Source of the DNA: a virus
Lineage: Duplodnaviria > Caudoviricetes
Direction: 5' to 3' (one strand)
Virus record (IMG/VR): IMGVR_UViG_3300031418_000007
Length of the DNA: 64,000 nt
This document shows, piece by piece, positions 19,818 through 29,944 of the stretch. A model generated the notes under the pieces. It did not search any database. It worked only from the letters and a program-made list of their open reading frames with translations, and was not told where the DNA came from. The translations under genes and the position numbers were made by a program. Each line of letters begins with the position of its first letter. The stretch's first letter is position 1.

Positions 19818-21242
19818 TTAGTTACTGACGAAATATTCTTTCAAGTTTGACACGTAGTTCTGTGCCATCTGTTCCTGGATTTCATCACTGGCCAGGTTGG
19901 AACTTGAACGGTTGATGGTGTACGCCGGGAATACCTTTTTACGTGCGTTGCTGTGATCGTTGTTGAGAACGATCTCAACCGAACACTCGCCGAAGATATT
20001 CATGGTGACATCTACTTCGATAGGTGTCGCATTGCCCAGCATGGTCATGGCGTATTTTTGGAAGAACGTTGTTTCAATGTAATCTTTGAAATTGTTGGTA
20101 CGCGCCTCCAGGTTAGGGTCGTTGGCGATAACGCCAGCCGGGATACCAGGACGGAAGTAGATACCACTACTTAACACATTGAGGTTGGACACGCTGTTAC
20201 TGGCAACGAATTGCAGGAACACCAGGCCAACGTCAATCATGGCGTGCATACTGATAAACGCCAGTTCGTTTGCGATCTTTTCAAACCAGTCTGCTGAGCC
20301 CAGTGGGTCGCTGTCCAGCTGATGGTTGTGTCCTTCCATGTTACGGTCACTAGGTGGTAACACCGCAGTATCAAAGCCCTGGAAGACCTGACGCAGTTCC
20401 TGGAAGGTAAAGCCGATAAAGCCCTGATAGCTCGGCATGCCCAGCGCAGACATCATCAGTGACAGGAACGGATGTTCAAAGATTTCCTGTTCGCTGATCC
20501 CACCCATGCTCATTGCCATGTTTTCACTCAGCATGTTGTGGGTCACCTGCTGGCGCGCCACGCGTGCTGCATGCGTCATCACTGTTTGAGCATTGACGAT
20601 TGGATCCAGGTTGGAACTCTTGGACACAATGACGCCGTTCTGGTCGAGGTCTGCGTTAGTGCTGCCGCCGTACTGAATGTTGCTGTCTTCTTCTTCCGCC
20701 GCCACTTGACCAAAGCCGTGGGTAATCACATCCACTGGACGGATAGTGCGAAGCTGACGCATCATTTCAGGATCTGCCATCAGGAACTGTGAGGTTTCAG
20801 TGATAGCACGTTTGGTGGTTGGCATGTACATCACGTCTTGTGTGGATGACGTGGTCATGGTCCAGCTACGAACAGGAATAAACAGAACGTCATCGGGAAC
20901 CGTAGAACCCATTGCCATTCCGCCACCCACCAGATAACCCAACACCGACATCTGCTGCTCTTGCAGTGCATTGTCCACCACGGTCATGCGCAGCATAGCT
21001 AAACCGCGACGTTGGTTCCAGCCACCTTCGACGTTGATTAGACCCGAGTGTTGAGTACTCAGGCTACCGCCGTGCACGCCCATCTGCGCGATGGTACTTG
21101 GACTGATGCCGCCGTTGAAACGTTCATGCGCTGCACGGTTTGCCAGGTCAGGAGTAATATCAATACGGTTGCTGCGATGGAACTGATCATGGACGTTGTT
21201 ACCGATACCGATGACCACTTGGTTTAGACGAATCTCACTCAT
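19818..21242 (-). CDS. picA: Probable phage-nucleus protein import factor PicA/Imp1 (phiKZ gp69 position)
   Basis: 474-aa ORF immediately downstream of the gp68-like gene; assigned by synteny only. Confidence 0.55.
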   Translation of the reverse strand: MSEIRLNQVVIGIGNNVHDQFHRSNRIDITPDLANRAAHERFNGGISPSTIAQMGVHGGSLSTQHSGLINVEGGWNQRRGLAMLRMTVVDNALQEQQMSVLGYLVGGGMAMGSTVPDDVLFIPVRSWTMTTSSTQDVMYMPTTKRAITETSQFLMADPEMMRQLRTIRPVDVITHGFGQVAAEEEDSNIQYGGSTNADLDQNGVIVSKSSNLDPIVNAQTVMTHAARVARQQVTHNMLSENMAMSMGGISEQEIFEHPFLSLMMSALGMPSYQGFIGFTFQELRQVFQGFDTAVLPPSDRNMEGHNHQLDSDPLGSADWFEKIANELAFISMHAMIDVGLVFLQFVASNSVSNLNVLSSGIYFRPGIPAGVIANDPNLEARTNNFKDYIETTFFQKYAMTMLGNATPIEVDVTMNIFGECSVEIVLNNDHSNARKKVFPAYTINRSSSNLASDEIQEQMAQNYVSNLKEYFVSN

Positions 21243-21260
21243 TTTTCACTGTCCCCTAGA

Positions 21261-22832
21261 CTATTCGTTAATTTCACTGATAAGGCGCATGAATTCCGCT
21301 TTGAGTTCTACCGTGATCTCAAGGTCGAACATGTTGCCTTTCTTGACTTTACTGTACAGCTCAGGATTCCCCAGGATCCCAAACTCCAGGTTGCTTTCCC
21401 ACTGGTTGCTTTCAAGTTCTTCGAAGAACTCTTTCACATACACAGCAGCAGCATTAAAACTTCCGCCTTCATTGTTCTTTTCCTGCACGTCGCACATCTG
21501 TGCCAACGTAGCACGGTCTTCGTTACTCAGACTCAGGAATGAGTTACCCGACGGCACTGCATCTTGCGCCAACTGCGCACACAGTAAAGAAGGCAGATAA
21601 ACATACCCACGTTCCGCCAACCGTACCTGCGCCAGACAGATCGCTGCGGTAAGTTGGAGATAATCACAGAAATCATAAATACGTTCTGAGATATCACCGG
21701 CGTAGGTTAACTGTAGCAGTGTCCGCATGGGCTTGGTTAACTGGAAATCCCAAACGCTAGGTAAACGGTCGTAAACCATTTCCACTAACTGTTCGTTCTT
21801 AATCCCCAGACCCAGGCACTGATATTTAAAGCGATCTTTGAAACGTTCCTGATCCTTTTCATCACGCAGACCAAACGAGAAGTATTCCGCCATCTGGGTA
21901 ATCTTAGCCATTGGCACTTCTTCGGTAATCTGGTGTTCGTCCAGGAAGGAACTGTTGTCGTCTTCGTCACCGTAGCTTTCTTTCTTACGGTAGCCGTTGT
22001 TGTTGTTTTCAAACTGTTTAACTTCCGAGGAAATCGCATTGATAATGGATTTGCCTTTTTCCGTTTCTGGAATGATTGCAACAGACAGACGATTGAAAAC
22101 AATGCGGTACAGAATCATCACCATGGTGTGTTCAGTTGAACCAACCTGGATAGATGCATCAGCCTGCGAGTTCTTCATGAATGAATGACTTACGTAGCTT
22201 TCCAGTCGCTTCCACGCCTTGGTGCCGGTGATCACAGCGCTTTTGCTTAACAGCCGACCACACAGCAGTTCTGCATAGCTTGAACCCGTAAAGGATTCCA
22301 TTCGATAAAGCAGTCCAAAGAAGATAGGGAATACAGTACGAATTAAAAAGGTTCCCTTCACGATCTCAACGTAGTCTTCCACAATGAATGTGGTTTCCCG
22401 CGGATAGTAACCGTGCCCCGTGGTGGTCTTCAGATCTTTTGGAATCACCATGTACTTCGAGGAGTGCTCGAAATAGTTCATGAGGTTAGCGGGTTTCACC
22501 AACGTCAGGATAGCATGGATAATCGGTTCGATACGCTGAAGTTCTTTCTCGTAAGAGACGAACTCACCGTTCTCAATGATTTCCGCGCCGGCACGATAAA
22601 GTTCGAAAAGTTCCTTATGCTGTTCAGGTGAAAGAGCCATTTCGAAGTAGCTGTTGAGTGGAGCGAATAACTCAACGTCTGCATCGTTGTCCACACTTTT
22701 AACTTCTGCTAACTTGATAGAACCTTTACCCATGAAGTGCAGAGAGCGCTTTTCTTCACCCACCTCTAGAACCACCGTGAGTCGGTCAAAGTTCTTTTTA
22801 GAGTTACGTACGGTAAAGACGTTTAAAGACAT
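21261..22832 (-). CDS. Probable sigma-like non-virion RNAP specificity subunit (phiKZ gp68 position)
   Basis: 523 aa, helical; size and position between chmC-like and picA-like genes fit. Confidence 0.6.
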   Translation of the reverse strand: MSLNVFTVRNSKKNFDRLTVVLEVGEEKRSLHFMGKGSIKLAEVKSVDNDADVELFAPLNSYFEMALSPEQHKELFELYRAGAEIIENGEFVSYEKELQRIEPIIHAILTLVKPANLMNYFEHSSKYMVIPKDLKTTTGHGYYPRETTFIVEDYVEIVKGTFLIRTVFPIFFGLLYRMESFTGSSYAELLCGRLLSKSAVITGTKAWKRLESYVSHSFMKNSQADASIQVGSTEHTMVMILYRIVFNRLSVAIIPETEKGKSIINAISSEVKQFENNNNGYRKKESYGDEDDNSSFLDEHQITEEVPMAKITQMAEYFSFGLRDEKDQERFKDRFKYQCLGLGIKNEQLVEMVYDRLPSVWDFQLTKPMRTLLQLTYAGDISERIYDFCDYLQLTAAICLAQVRLAERGYVYLPSLLCAQLAQDAVPSGNSFLSLSNEDRATLAQMCDVQEKNNEGGSFNAAAVYVKEFFEELESNQWESNLEFGILGNPELYSKVKKGNMFDLEITVELKAEFMRLISEINE

Positions 22833-22867
22833 AGTGCCTCACTTTCCATTATTTACGTTTATACTAG

Positions 22868-22890
22868 TTAGATAATGTAGGACTGAAAAT
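22868..22890 (-). promoter_or_regulatory. Early-type phage promoter motif
   Basis: Minus strand TTTTCAGTCCTACATTATCTAAC, similar to the chmA and phuZ upstream motifs. Confidence 0.6.
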
Positions 22891-22945
22891 AAATAGCTAG
22901 GCAGGGTTTCCCCCACCTAGTCTGCCTATTTAAAGGTTTTAATTC

Positions 22946-23704
22946 TTACCATTCGATATCGTCATCGAAAGATGCGGTTGTTGCTTCCATGGAACCGCCA
23001 CCGTTTCCGCCGCCATTACCGCCGCCGGAATTGTTGTTGCCGCCACGGTTCTGCCAGTTGCTCTGACCGCCGCCACTGTTAGCATTGGCGTTGTTGCCGC
23101 CTTTTGGTTTCCATGCTTTCCACTCCAGATCATTCAGGAGCTCTTCATGGAAGTTACACCAGGCACGTGCAGAAGAACGACTTGGCATGCCGTAGTCTTC
23201 AGTGGTGCTGCCGTCTGCGTTCTTAACGCGCATCGCCGGTACGTTCGCCATGCGGAACACAGTTTTGAAGCTGTAGTCGCCTTTCTGATAAGTCAGTGTA
23301 ACGCGGCCTTTCTCATCACGAGAGACAATGAAGTTACAGCTGTTTACTGGCTCATCAGTACGTTTGCTTTTGCCATCGCTGCCACGAACCCAGGCGTTCT
23401 GGTTGATCGGGAGCTGTGCAGAAGAGAACGGCGTGCTCATGTCTGCTGCCTGACGGATGGTGTCGAACAGAACACCACGCTCGTTGTAGTTCAGTGACAC
23501 TTCACGGGTAACACGCTTTTCCTGACTCCAGATACCGTCGAACACACGCAGGACGATATCGCCATTGATCTTTTGTTCGAAGCGCAGCGCGCCGTTGTGT
23601 TTCGCGCCTTGCAGCGGCTGTTCAGTTTCAGGGTGCGGTTGGGAGTAATCGTTCAGCATCGTTTTTGGGCGAGCTTGGTTTTGTGGGCGCTGGAAGTCTG
23701 ACAT
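22946..23704 (-). CDS. chmC: Probable ChmC nucleic-acid-binding protein (Whirly-like; phiKZ gp67 position)
   Basis: 252 aa with a G/N-rich disordered tail and SSB-like acidic end (FDDDIEW); synteny. Confidence 0.65.
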   Translation of the reverse strand: MSDFQRPQNQARPKTMLNDYSQPHPETEQPLQGAKHNGALRFEQKINGDIVLRVFDGIWSQEKRVTREVSLNYNERGVLFDTIRQAADMSTPFSSAQLPINQNAWVRGSDGKSKRTDEPVNSCNFIVSRDEKGRVTLTYQKGDYSFKTVFRMANVPAMRVKNADGSTTEDYGMPSRSSARAWCNFHEELLNDLEWKAWKPKGGNNANANSGGGQSNWQNRGGNNNSGGGNGGGNGGGSMEATTASFDDDIEW

Positions 23705-23767
23705 GATCTAATCCTTGTGATTTCTAAAATTCGGTTATAAGTCTACATATATAAAGGGTGTGCAGTT

Positions 23768-24556
23768 TTAAAGTAATAGCTTCAAGCCCGCTTTCGTAAT
23801 GCCAGATGGCAGCCCGTTGATATCTGAACGGACTTTGGTAAAACTGGTTCCCGCATTCCACTCTTTGGAGATGGCGAGATCTTCAACTAACTTCTTCAGC
23901 CCAGCTGATGATGAATAAAAGTTTGTGGCTTTATCACCAAAGACCTGGATCGAGAGTCGGTTAAACGGCATGTAATATAAATCCTTACCTCCGGTTAATT
24001 TGGTATACCACTTGGTGTAAGGCTTAGCCGTACCCGTGTGTGACTCTAAAAGTTTTAACCGCGTCACGGATGTTGTCATGGTGAGATCCACCACGTGATG
24101 CGTAATAATTAATCCCTTGCCGTCAAACTTAGGTAACTGGGTGTCGGTTTGGGTAATCTGTTTTGGAAACTCCAGGCAAAGACGTTTGCAAACTTTTTCA
24201 ATCAGGTCGTACTGTTGTCTTGCCTTTTCCCTTCTGGTGTCATTGGTAACTAACTCGGCTTTACTGTAAACCGAACGCAATGATTTATAAGAAGGGTAAT
24301 AAACTTTAAACACTAAACTCCGACGATTTACTGCGGCGGCAAGCCACTTAGCCAGCTCTGTGAGATCAGATTTAGTATCTTTTATCACAATATCTGCGTC
24401 AATAATATCGTCAGGGGCATAACTCTGGATAACATTGCGCACCAGTGTACGCAAGTTAACCAGGAAAGAGTTGGCAACAGTGATCTCGTCAATGGCATCT
24501 TTTTCCAACGCCATTGATGTTCCCACTGACATTTCAAACGCACCTAAGGTTCTCAT
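23768..24556 (-). CDS. Hypothetical core protein (262 aa)
   Basis: Overlaps the sbcD-like stop; protein-like ORF. Confidence 0.7.
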   Translation of the reverse strand: MRTLGAFEMSVGTSMALEKDAIDEITVANSFLVNLRTLVRNVIQSYAPDDIIDADIVIKDTKSDLTELAKWLAAAVNRRSLVFKVYYPSYKSLRSVYSKAELVTNDTRREKARQQYDLIEKVCKRLCLEFPKQITQTDTQLPKFDGKGLIITHHVVDLTMTTSVTRLKLLESHTGTAKPYTKWYTKLTGGKDLYYMPFNRLSIQVFGDKATNFYSSSAGLKKLVEDLAISKEWNAGTSFTKVRSDINGLPSGITKAGLKLLL

Positions 24557-25668
24557 AAGAATTCCTTTAAGACGTCTCGCACTTCATCACTGTTGATATC
24601 AGTGCCTGCCATTTTCGCCATCACATCGTTTTCGATATGCCCAAAGATATTCTCCTGCGTCACTGACACACCGGTATAATCTGAAGTCTGGTAGAGTTCT
24701 TCTTCCACCAACACCTCATCATTTTCAGAATCTTCAGCGAACCCGTAATCCGGGTATTCTTTTTGCAGAGAACTGATAATGGGTTTAACTACCGACTTGT
24801 GTCCACCCTGGATACGGAACTGTGAACCCACAGGAAACTTCTGGCTCTGTAGCAGATGCTTAACTGATAACACAATGGATTCCGGCAAGTCATCAATACT
24901 CACCCGAATACTGCGATAAGGCATAGCAAATTCATTTACCCAAAAGCGCGTGGTTTTGATTTCTTTCTGCTGATCAATGTCAACAATCCACGCACCTTTC
25001 GGATGCTCTTCACCATGACGAATACGGTCGAACGAACCGTTGCTATAAATGATGTCTTCCCAGGAACCCGGAATATGGATATGACCTGAAAAGATCCCGT
25101 ACTTCACAATGCTTTTCCAGCGGTCTTCCATGTGCGCATGCTTACGCGCTTTTTCTGGAAGCTGCCAGTAGAACCCACCGTGGAAGGCGATCAGATCAAC
25201 CTTGTCTAACTGTGCGGTTGTTAATACCTGTAACGCACGCTCCCAGATTTCATCCGGAGTTTTATCAGACATGTTGTCCGGTACGTACATGATCGTTAAG
25301 TTATTAAGTTCTTCTATGGTTTCAATGGTGATCTCATCAAAGTACTTAACGTTGGTACCCTCTTCCACCGAAAACATAATGTGGCGAGGCTGACCCCAAT
25401 CATGTAGAGTAGTGCCTTCAGTAAAGCGCACGATCACATTGTGTTCTTTACATTTAACAAAGAACTGTTTGAACCACTCCAGGGTTAACAAGAAGTCCGG
25501 GTTGTCATTGTCGACAAACCGATCAAACACATCTCCACTGATCAGAATCAAATCAACGTTGTTTAAATCTACATCCGTGTAGAAGAAACGAGACATGTTA
25601 CGCAAAATGTGAGCAGTGGGCGTGCGTCGGTGGCAAGTGTGTAAATCAGAACAAGACAGCAGACGCAT
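24553..25668 (-). CDS. sbcD: SbcD/Mre11-like metallophosphoesterase nuclease
   Basis: SDLH, SGDVFD, GTTLHD, FHG and SGHIH metallophosphoesterase motifs. Confidence 0.85.
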   Translation of the reverse strand: MRLLSCSDLHTCHRRTPTAHILRNMSRFFYTDVDLNNVDLILISGDVFDRFVDNDNPDFLLTLEWFKQFFVKCKEHNVIVRFTEGTTLHDWGQPRHIMFSVEEGTNVKYFDEITIETIEELNNLTIMYVPDNMSDKTPDEIWERALQVLTTAQLDKVDLIAFHGGFYWQLPEKARKHAHMEDRWKSIVKYGIFSGHIHIPGSWEDIIYSNGSFDRIRHGEEHPKGAWIVDIDQQKEIKTTRFWVNEFAMPYRSIRVSIDDLPESIVLSVKHLLQSQKFPVGSQFRIQGGHKSVVKPIISSLQKEYPDYGFAEDSENDEVLVEEELYQTSDYTGVSVTQENIFGHIENDVMAKMAGTDINSDEVRDVLKEFL

Positions 25669-25677
25669 CAGCGCTCC

Positions 25678-26484
25678 TTAACAAGACATGGGATCAATAA
25701 CTGTATTATTGTCACTGTCGTTATTTTTCATTTCCTTCTTGTCGCCGCGTTCTGCCAGCAGTTCTTCAGGAATTTCGAAGTGCGGCACCACTGATTGAAT
25801 GAACTCGTAATCTTCACGAGTTGCACAACCATCACGCTCTTCATTGCTGCGCGCTTCCAGGAAACGGTTAAAGGTTTCACGATCCATATTCCCGCTCAGG
25901 AATTCATCACGCACCCACACTGTTTCACGTAAAGCTTTTGGATACAGTTTGTGTTTGTGGTAAAACTCCAGTGGGATCAAATCGTGAATTGGGGTCTTGA
26001 GATCTTCAACGAAATACTGCTTCGCTGTTTCAACAATCTGGTTAGAAGAAAGCTGAGGCTCATGACCATCCAGTGTGCTTTGAATACTGGACTGTAATGC
26101 GGCAGCACTTTGACGCATGACCTCACGCTCCAGCGGAGTGAGTTCATAACTCGACAGCGGTTTAACAACGAACAGGCGTTTGCTGCTGTCATTATCATCG
26201 ACAACCAGCACGCACATGGTGTGCTGATTACTGAGTGTGCCCCACTTCGGAAAATCGAAGTAGTTAACTCTCGAAGCGGTGTTGTTAAGTGCAAACTGTA
26301 CCAGCCAGTCACGCACGAACTCGCTTTCAGTTAACTGCTTCAGCGCATTCAGCGGAATGCCGTCTTTGGTCAGGAAGTCAGTGCCGCCGATGTTCTGCAC
26401 ATCCAGCTCGTTTAAGAAGTCGAAGCTGCTGCGGATTTTCATCTGATGTTCGGGTGACATACCCAGGAATTCATTAGCGTCCAT
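25678..26484 (-). CDS. Hypothetical core protein (268 aa)
   Basis: Operonic ORF. Confidence 0.7.
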   Translation of the reverse strand: MDANEFLGMSPEHQMKIRSSFDFLNELDVQNIGGTDFLTKDGIPLNALKQLTESEFVRDWLVQFALNNTASRVNYFDFPKWGTLSNQHTMCVLVVDDNDSSKRLFVVKPLSSYELTPLEREVMRQSAAALQSSIQSTLDGHEPQLSSNQIVETAKQYFVEDLKTPIHDLIPLEFYHKHKLYPKALRETVWVRDEFLSGNMDRETFNRFLEARSNEERDGCATREDYEFIQSVVPHFEIPEELLAERGDKKEMKNNDSDNNTVIDPMSC

Positions 26485-26882
26485 TAGCCTAGCCTATGTT
26501 TATCGAGAAGTTCAAAGTTATCTGGACGGATAGCTACTACCTTCGCCAGACTGTATTTAATTCCTTCCACCGTGACCGTACAGGAAACCAACAGACGATA
26601 CATGGAAGTACTGCCGTCTACTGCTTCAGCATTCACCGTGACATTGACATCAGGGAATAATTCTTTCATGTAGGCGGTTAAGAAAGTTTGGGTGTTCGAG
26701 ATCATGTCGTTTTGTCTTTCCCCAAAATCTTTCCATAACTTATAGAAGCTAGGGACTTTCGAGATAATCCGACTCTGGTTCTCACGTGATACAAACCAAT
26801 AAAAGAAATGCCGGTTCATGGCATTGTCTACAGATTTGGTTTCCCATCCCGTATCACTGGACATTGTTGCAACACAAAACAT
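26484..26882 (-). CDS. Hypothetical protein, possibly gp25-like baseplate wedge fold
   Basis: 132 aa with a helix-then-beta layout; weak resemblance only. Confidence 0.5.
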   Translation of the reverse strand: MFCVATMSSDTGWETKSVDNAMNRHFFYWFVSRENQSRIISKVPSFYKLWKDFGERQNDMISNTQTFLTAYMKELFPDVNVTVNAEAVDGSTSMYRLLVSCTVTVEGIKYSLAKVVAIRPDNFELLDKHRLG

Positions 26883-26978
26883 AGTAATTGTCCTTGAGTT
26901 AATTGTTTACATAAAGTTGCCATAAGAAAACAAAAAAATAAAAGAAGTAAGTAAGGGAGCCGAAGCTCCCTTTACCAA

Positions 26979-27398
26979 TTAACGCTTGATGACGTAACCA
27001 ACCAGATTACCTTCAGTAACCAGATCTTTCAGACGGGCTGCTGTTGCAACGCCACCCACTGACCAACGACTCAGCACCAGATAGTCATCTTCCACAGACA
27101 GTGGATTCAAACAGGTAGGTGCGCTGTCATGGATAGGACAGATGTGGGTATATTTACCGCGCGTGTAGATCGCATAGTGAGTGTACGGATTAGGTACCTT
27201 GCCACCGCTGAGGTTGTGTTCGTCGATCATTGGAACGTCGTCTGCGATAGCTTGCAGAATTTCCACCTGCTTTTCATTGAGCTCAGCATACGGCTCAAGG
27301 TGAATCTCTAACAGATCACCAAAGCGATCTTCCAGAGTTGCGTGCAGTGGTTTGGTGACAGTCACGTTGATGCTGTTGATTGCGTTGTTCATGTTCAT
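26979..27398 (-). CDS. Hypothetical protein (139 aa)
   Basis: ORF followed by a hairpin at about 26955-26972. Confidence 0.65.
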   Translation of the reverse strand: MNMNNAINSINVTVTKPLHATLEDRFGDLLEIHLEPYAELNEKQVEILQAIADDVPMIDEHNLSGGKVPNPYTHYAIYTRGKYTHICPIHDSAPTCLNPLSVEDDYLVLSRWSVGGVATAARLKDLVTEGNLVGYVIKR

Positions 27399-27487
27399 TG
27401 TTCGGTAACCCCATTATTTATATTGTTTTTTAAAAGTTTAAGCTGTACCTATATTGATACAGCTTTGATCGTTGTTTGCTTTGTTTA

Positions 27488-27892
27488 TTACAGGTAGCTT
27501 TCAGTAGCGTCTTCGATTACGTACTGCGCCTGAACTTTAGAGCCCAGGTTAGTCAGCGCGTAGCCCAGATCAATACCGATGAACAGACCCATTGCTTTAC
27601 CCAGCGCATGATCTTCAACACCGATAGCTTCGCTCAGCCATTTGGTACCCAGGTAAGCAGTGCCCACGCCAGCGACTGCGCCAGCTACAGAACCGATGCT
27701 TACTTCGCGTTTGCCCAGCATGGTGACAGCAGCAGTACCCGCAGCGGCCAGTGCAGCAACAGATGCAGCATTGATCCACGGCTTTTCTTTCTCAACCATA
27801 GTCTGAATTTCACCGCCCAGTTTAACCTGAGTAGATTCAGCAGATACTTCAACAGTGGTTTCTTTGGTGGTGTTAGTGTTGATGTTTTCCAT
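27488..27892 (-). CDS. Glycine/alanine-zipper membrane protein
   Basis: Three hydrophobic GxxxG/AxxxA segments; AGGA RBS; promoter-like motif at about 27951-27968. Confidence 0.7.
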   Translation of the reverse strand: MENINTNTTKETTVEVSAESTQVKLGGEIQTMVEKEKPWINAASVAALAAAGTAAVTMLGKREVSIGSVAGAVAGVGTAYLGTKWLSEAIGVEDHALGKAMGLFIGIDLGYALTNLGSKVQAQYVIEDATESYL

Positions 27893-28079
27893 GATAAGTT
27901 CCTATTGTTTAAGATGTCAGAAAACATTATTGTTTTCTTATACACCCAAATCATATAGGTTTGAAACAAACTGTAATCTAAATTTAAACAAAAAAATAAA
28001 GGGATAATAAAGGTACCCTCGTAATGAGGGTACCTGAACTATTTGTTCGTAGGCGACTTAACGCTTTAAACTAAGCTAA

Positions 28080-28871
28080 CTATTTCGTTGGCTTAGTTGG
28101 GTCGGCGAACAATACATAACCCGTCTTGGTTTCCTTTTCGAAGTTGGTGTGTTCACCTTCGAAAACGCGGAAGCTGCCTAAGGCAGAGATCACGATATAT
28201 TCAATATGTTCTTTCCTTTCTTTATTAAAGAACGTCACGGTGCGTTTCACAATCAACCCCGAGTGTTTCATTTTCTCGATATGTTGATTAGTGGTTTCGC
28301 GAACAACTTCATAGGTGCTTTTACGCACGAGGCTGGCAATGTGGTAGGCGCCCTTTTCCAACATCTCCTTGATGTAACGTGGAGCAAGTAAAGGAACATC
28401 ACCGCTCACGTTAATACTGTTGCGGCTTTGGTAGGTATGGTGGATGCGGTGATTCATCACGTCCAGGTAGTTACCACCAAAGAACACGGATTCACAATGT
28501 CTGTCTTTGGGGAAACGACTGAACTCTTGTGTAAAGCTCACTCCGCCCAGATCCAGTTTAGCCGTGACGTTGTGGTCTTCACCGTGCTTGATTGAAATTT
28601 CCGGAACCAGCAGGTTGTCGGTAATGCCTTTTAGCATAGCAGAGGAGATAACCGCTTTACCCGCAAACCCTTTCTTATTACGATCCAGGGTGGTGCGAAT
28701 AACAGCGCGATTGATTCCGTCAATGCCAATCAGTTGTTTGACGTGTGCCGGGATTACCAGATCAATACCAAACGATTTGTTAACGCGCGGGAAATCGTGA
28801 TGGTAGGTAATGACCGTACTAATTTCTTTGTCCATCTTTCTTTTACTCCAGGTTAATGACCCCCTCATCAT
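28080..28871 (-). CDS. Hypothetical protein (about 250-263 aa)
   Basis: Long ORF; start uncertain. Confidence 0.65.
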   Translation of the reverse strand: MMRGSLTWSKRKMDKEISTVITYHHDFPRVNKSFGIDLVIPAHVKQLIGIDGINRAVIRTTLDRNKKGFAGKAVISSAMLKGITDNLLVPEISIKHGEDHNVTAKLDLGGVSFTQEFSRFPKDRHCESVFFGGNYLDVMNHRIHHTYQSRNSINVSGDVPLLAPRYIKEMLEKGAYHIASLVRKSTYEVVRETTNQHIEKMKHSGLIVKRTVTFFNKERKEHIEYIVISALGSFRVFEGEHTNFEKETKTGYVLFADPTKPTK

Positions 28872-28888
28872 GAAGGAGTCAAATTGAA

Positions 28889-29272
28889 TTAGTAACCCAA
28901 GGTCAGGGTAAAGTCAGGTTCTTCAACCCGCTCCCACCCATTACCGGTTTGACGTAACAGCTCAACATCACAGGTCAAGGTGTCGTTGTCTGTGTCGATG
29001 TAGCCGGTAACGTCAGCCTTGTAGCCTTTTAGCGGCATGCAGAACGTAAACTTGCGGTGAATAGAGAACTCGCCTTTTAAGCCGCCCTGTCCCGCAGAGA
29101 ACTGTAGCTCGCCGTGCTTACCGTCTTTACTGCCGTCACGCACCATCATGTGAGCGCGCTTCAGTGAGGTGTTCAATGAATGACGTAACATAGCGGCGGT
29201 GGTGGATTGCGAGAATTCGTATTCCGTCAGTTCAGTTGTTTCAGTGGTCATGTTAACTCCTGTAAAAACCAC
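28889..29272 (-). CDS. Hypothetical protein (about 120 aa)
   Basis: AGGAG precedes the internal ATG (MTTETTE). Confidence 0.65.
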   Translation of the reverse strand: MVFTGVNMTTETTELTEYEFSQSTTAAMLRHSLNTSLKRAHMMVRDGSKDGKHGELQFSAGQGGLKGEFSIHRKFTFCMPLKGYKADVTGYIDTDNDTLTCDVELLRQTGNGWERVEEPDFTLTLGY

Positions 29273-29299
29273 TGCCCCGGTGAGGAGGCAGGGGTTAAG

Positions 29300-29944
29300 T
29301 TACATTTCTTTGGTTTCGGTTTTGTGGTCTTTACGCGCTTCACCCATTGGACTGGTGATATCCAGATAGGTGGTTGCCAAGTGTTCGTTGACCGCATTCC
29401 ACGTTTTGTGGATGTTGACACGTTCACGGAAACTCAGCTTGTTGCCCGTTGAGTCATGGAAGTGAGTACGCAGCCATTGCTGTTCTTCACCTTCACCCTC
29501 TTGACGCAGCACACCATTATTAGCCTGACGGAAGAAGAAGTTGTCACGTCCAATTCCGCTACACAGTGGCGAGAACTTACCACCGTACCCGTCAATGATT
29601 TCATCTTGATAAAGTTTCATCACATTCGGGTTAGCCATGATGTAGTTTTGCATCAGACCTTCAGCGCTCTGTAAACCTTCAATGGTTCCCAGATAGCCGA
29701 TGTCAAACCGACCCACGTATTCGCCTTTGCCTTCACCCAGCAAGCGCGTAGAGTATTCCCACAAACGAGAGTTCACGAAACTGGTGAAGTTCTGTTGCAG
29801 GTTATCCACTTTGCTCTTTAGCCAGTCAGATACACCGGTGGGTTGAATGGCATTGGTTTGGTTAACGAAGTTTTGATATTGCCCAATCGATTGCTCGGTT
29901 TGAGCGCCCGCTACAGCAAATGCAAAAAGGTCAGAACTATTCAT
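29300..29944 (-). CDS. Hypothetical core protein (214 aa)
   Basis: Overlaps the stop of the nvRNAP beta' gene. Confidence 0.7.
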   Translation of the reverse strand: MNSSDLFAFAVAGAQTEQSIGQYQNFVNQTNAIQPTGVSDWLKSKVDNLQQNFTSFVNSRLWEYSTRLLGEGKGEYVGRFDIGYLGTIEGLQSAEGLMQNYIMANPNVMKLYQDEIIDGYGGKFSPLCSGIGRDNFFFRQANNGVLRQEGEGEEQQWLRTHFHDSTGNKLSFRERVNIHKTWNAVNEHLATTYLDITSPMGEARKDHKTETKEM

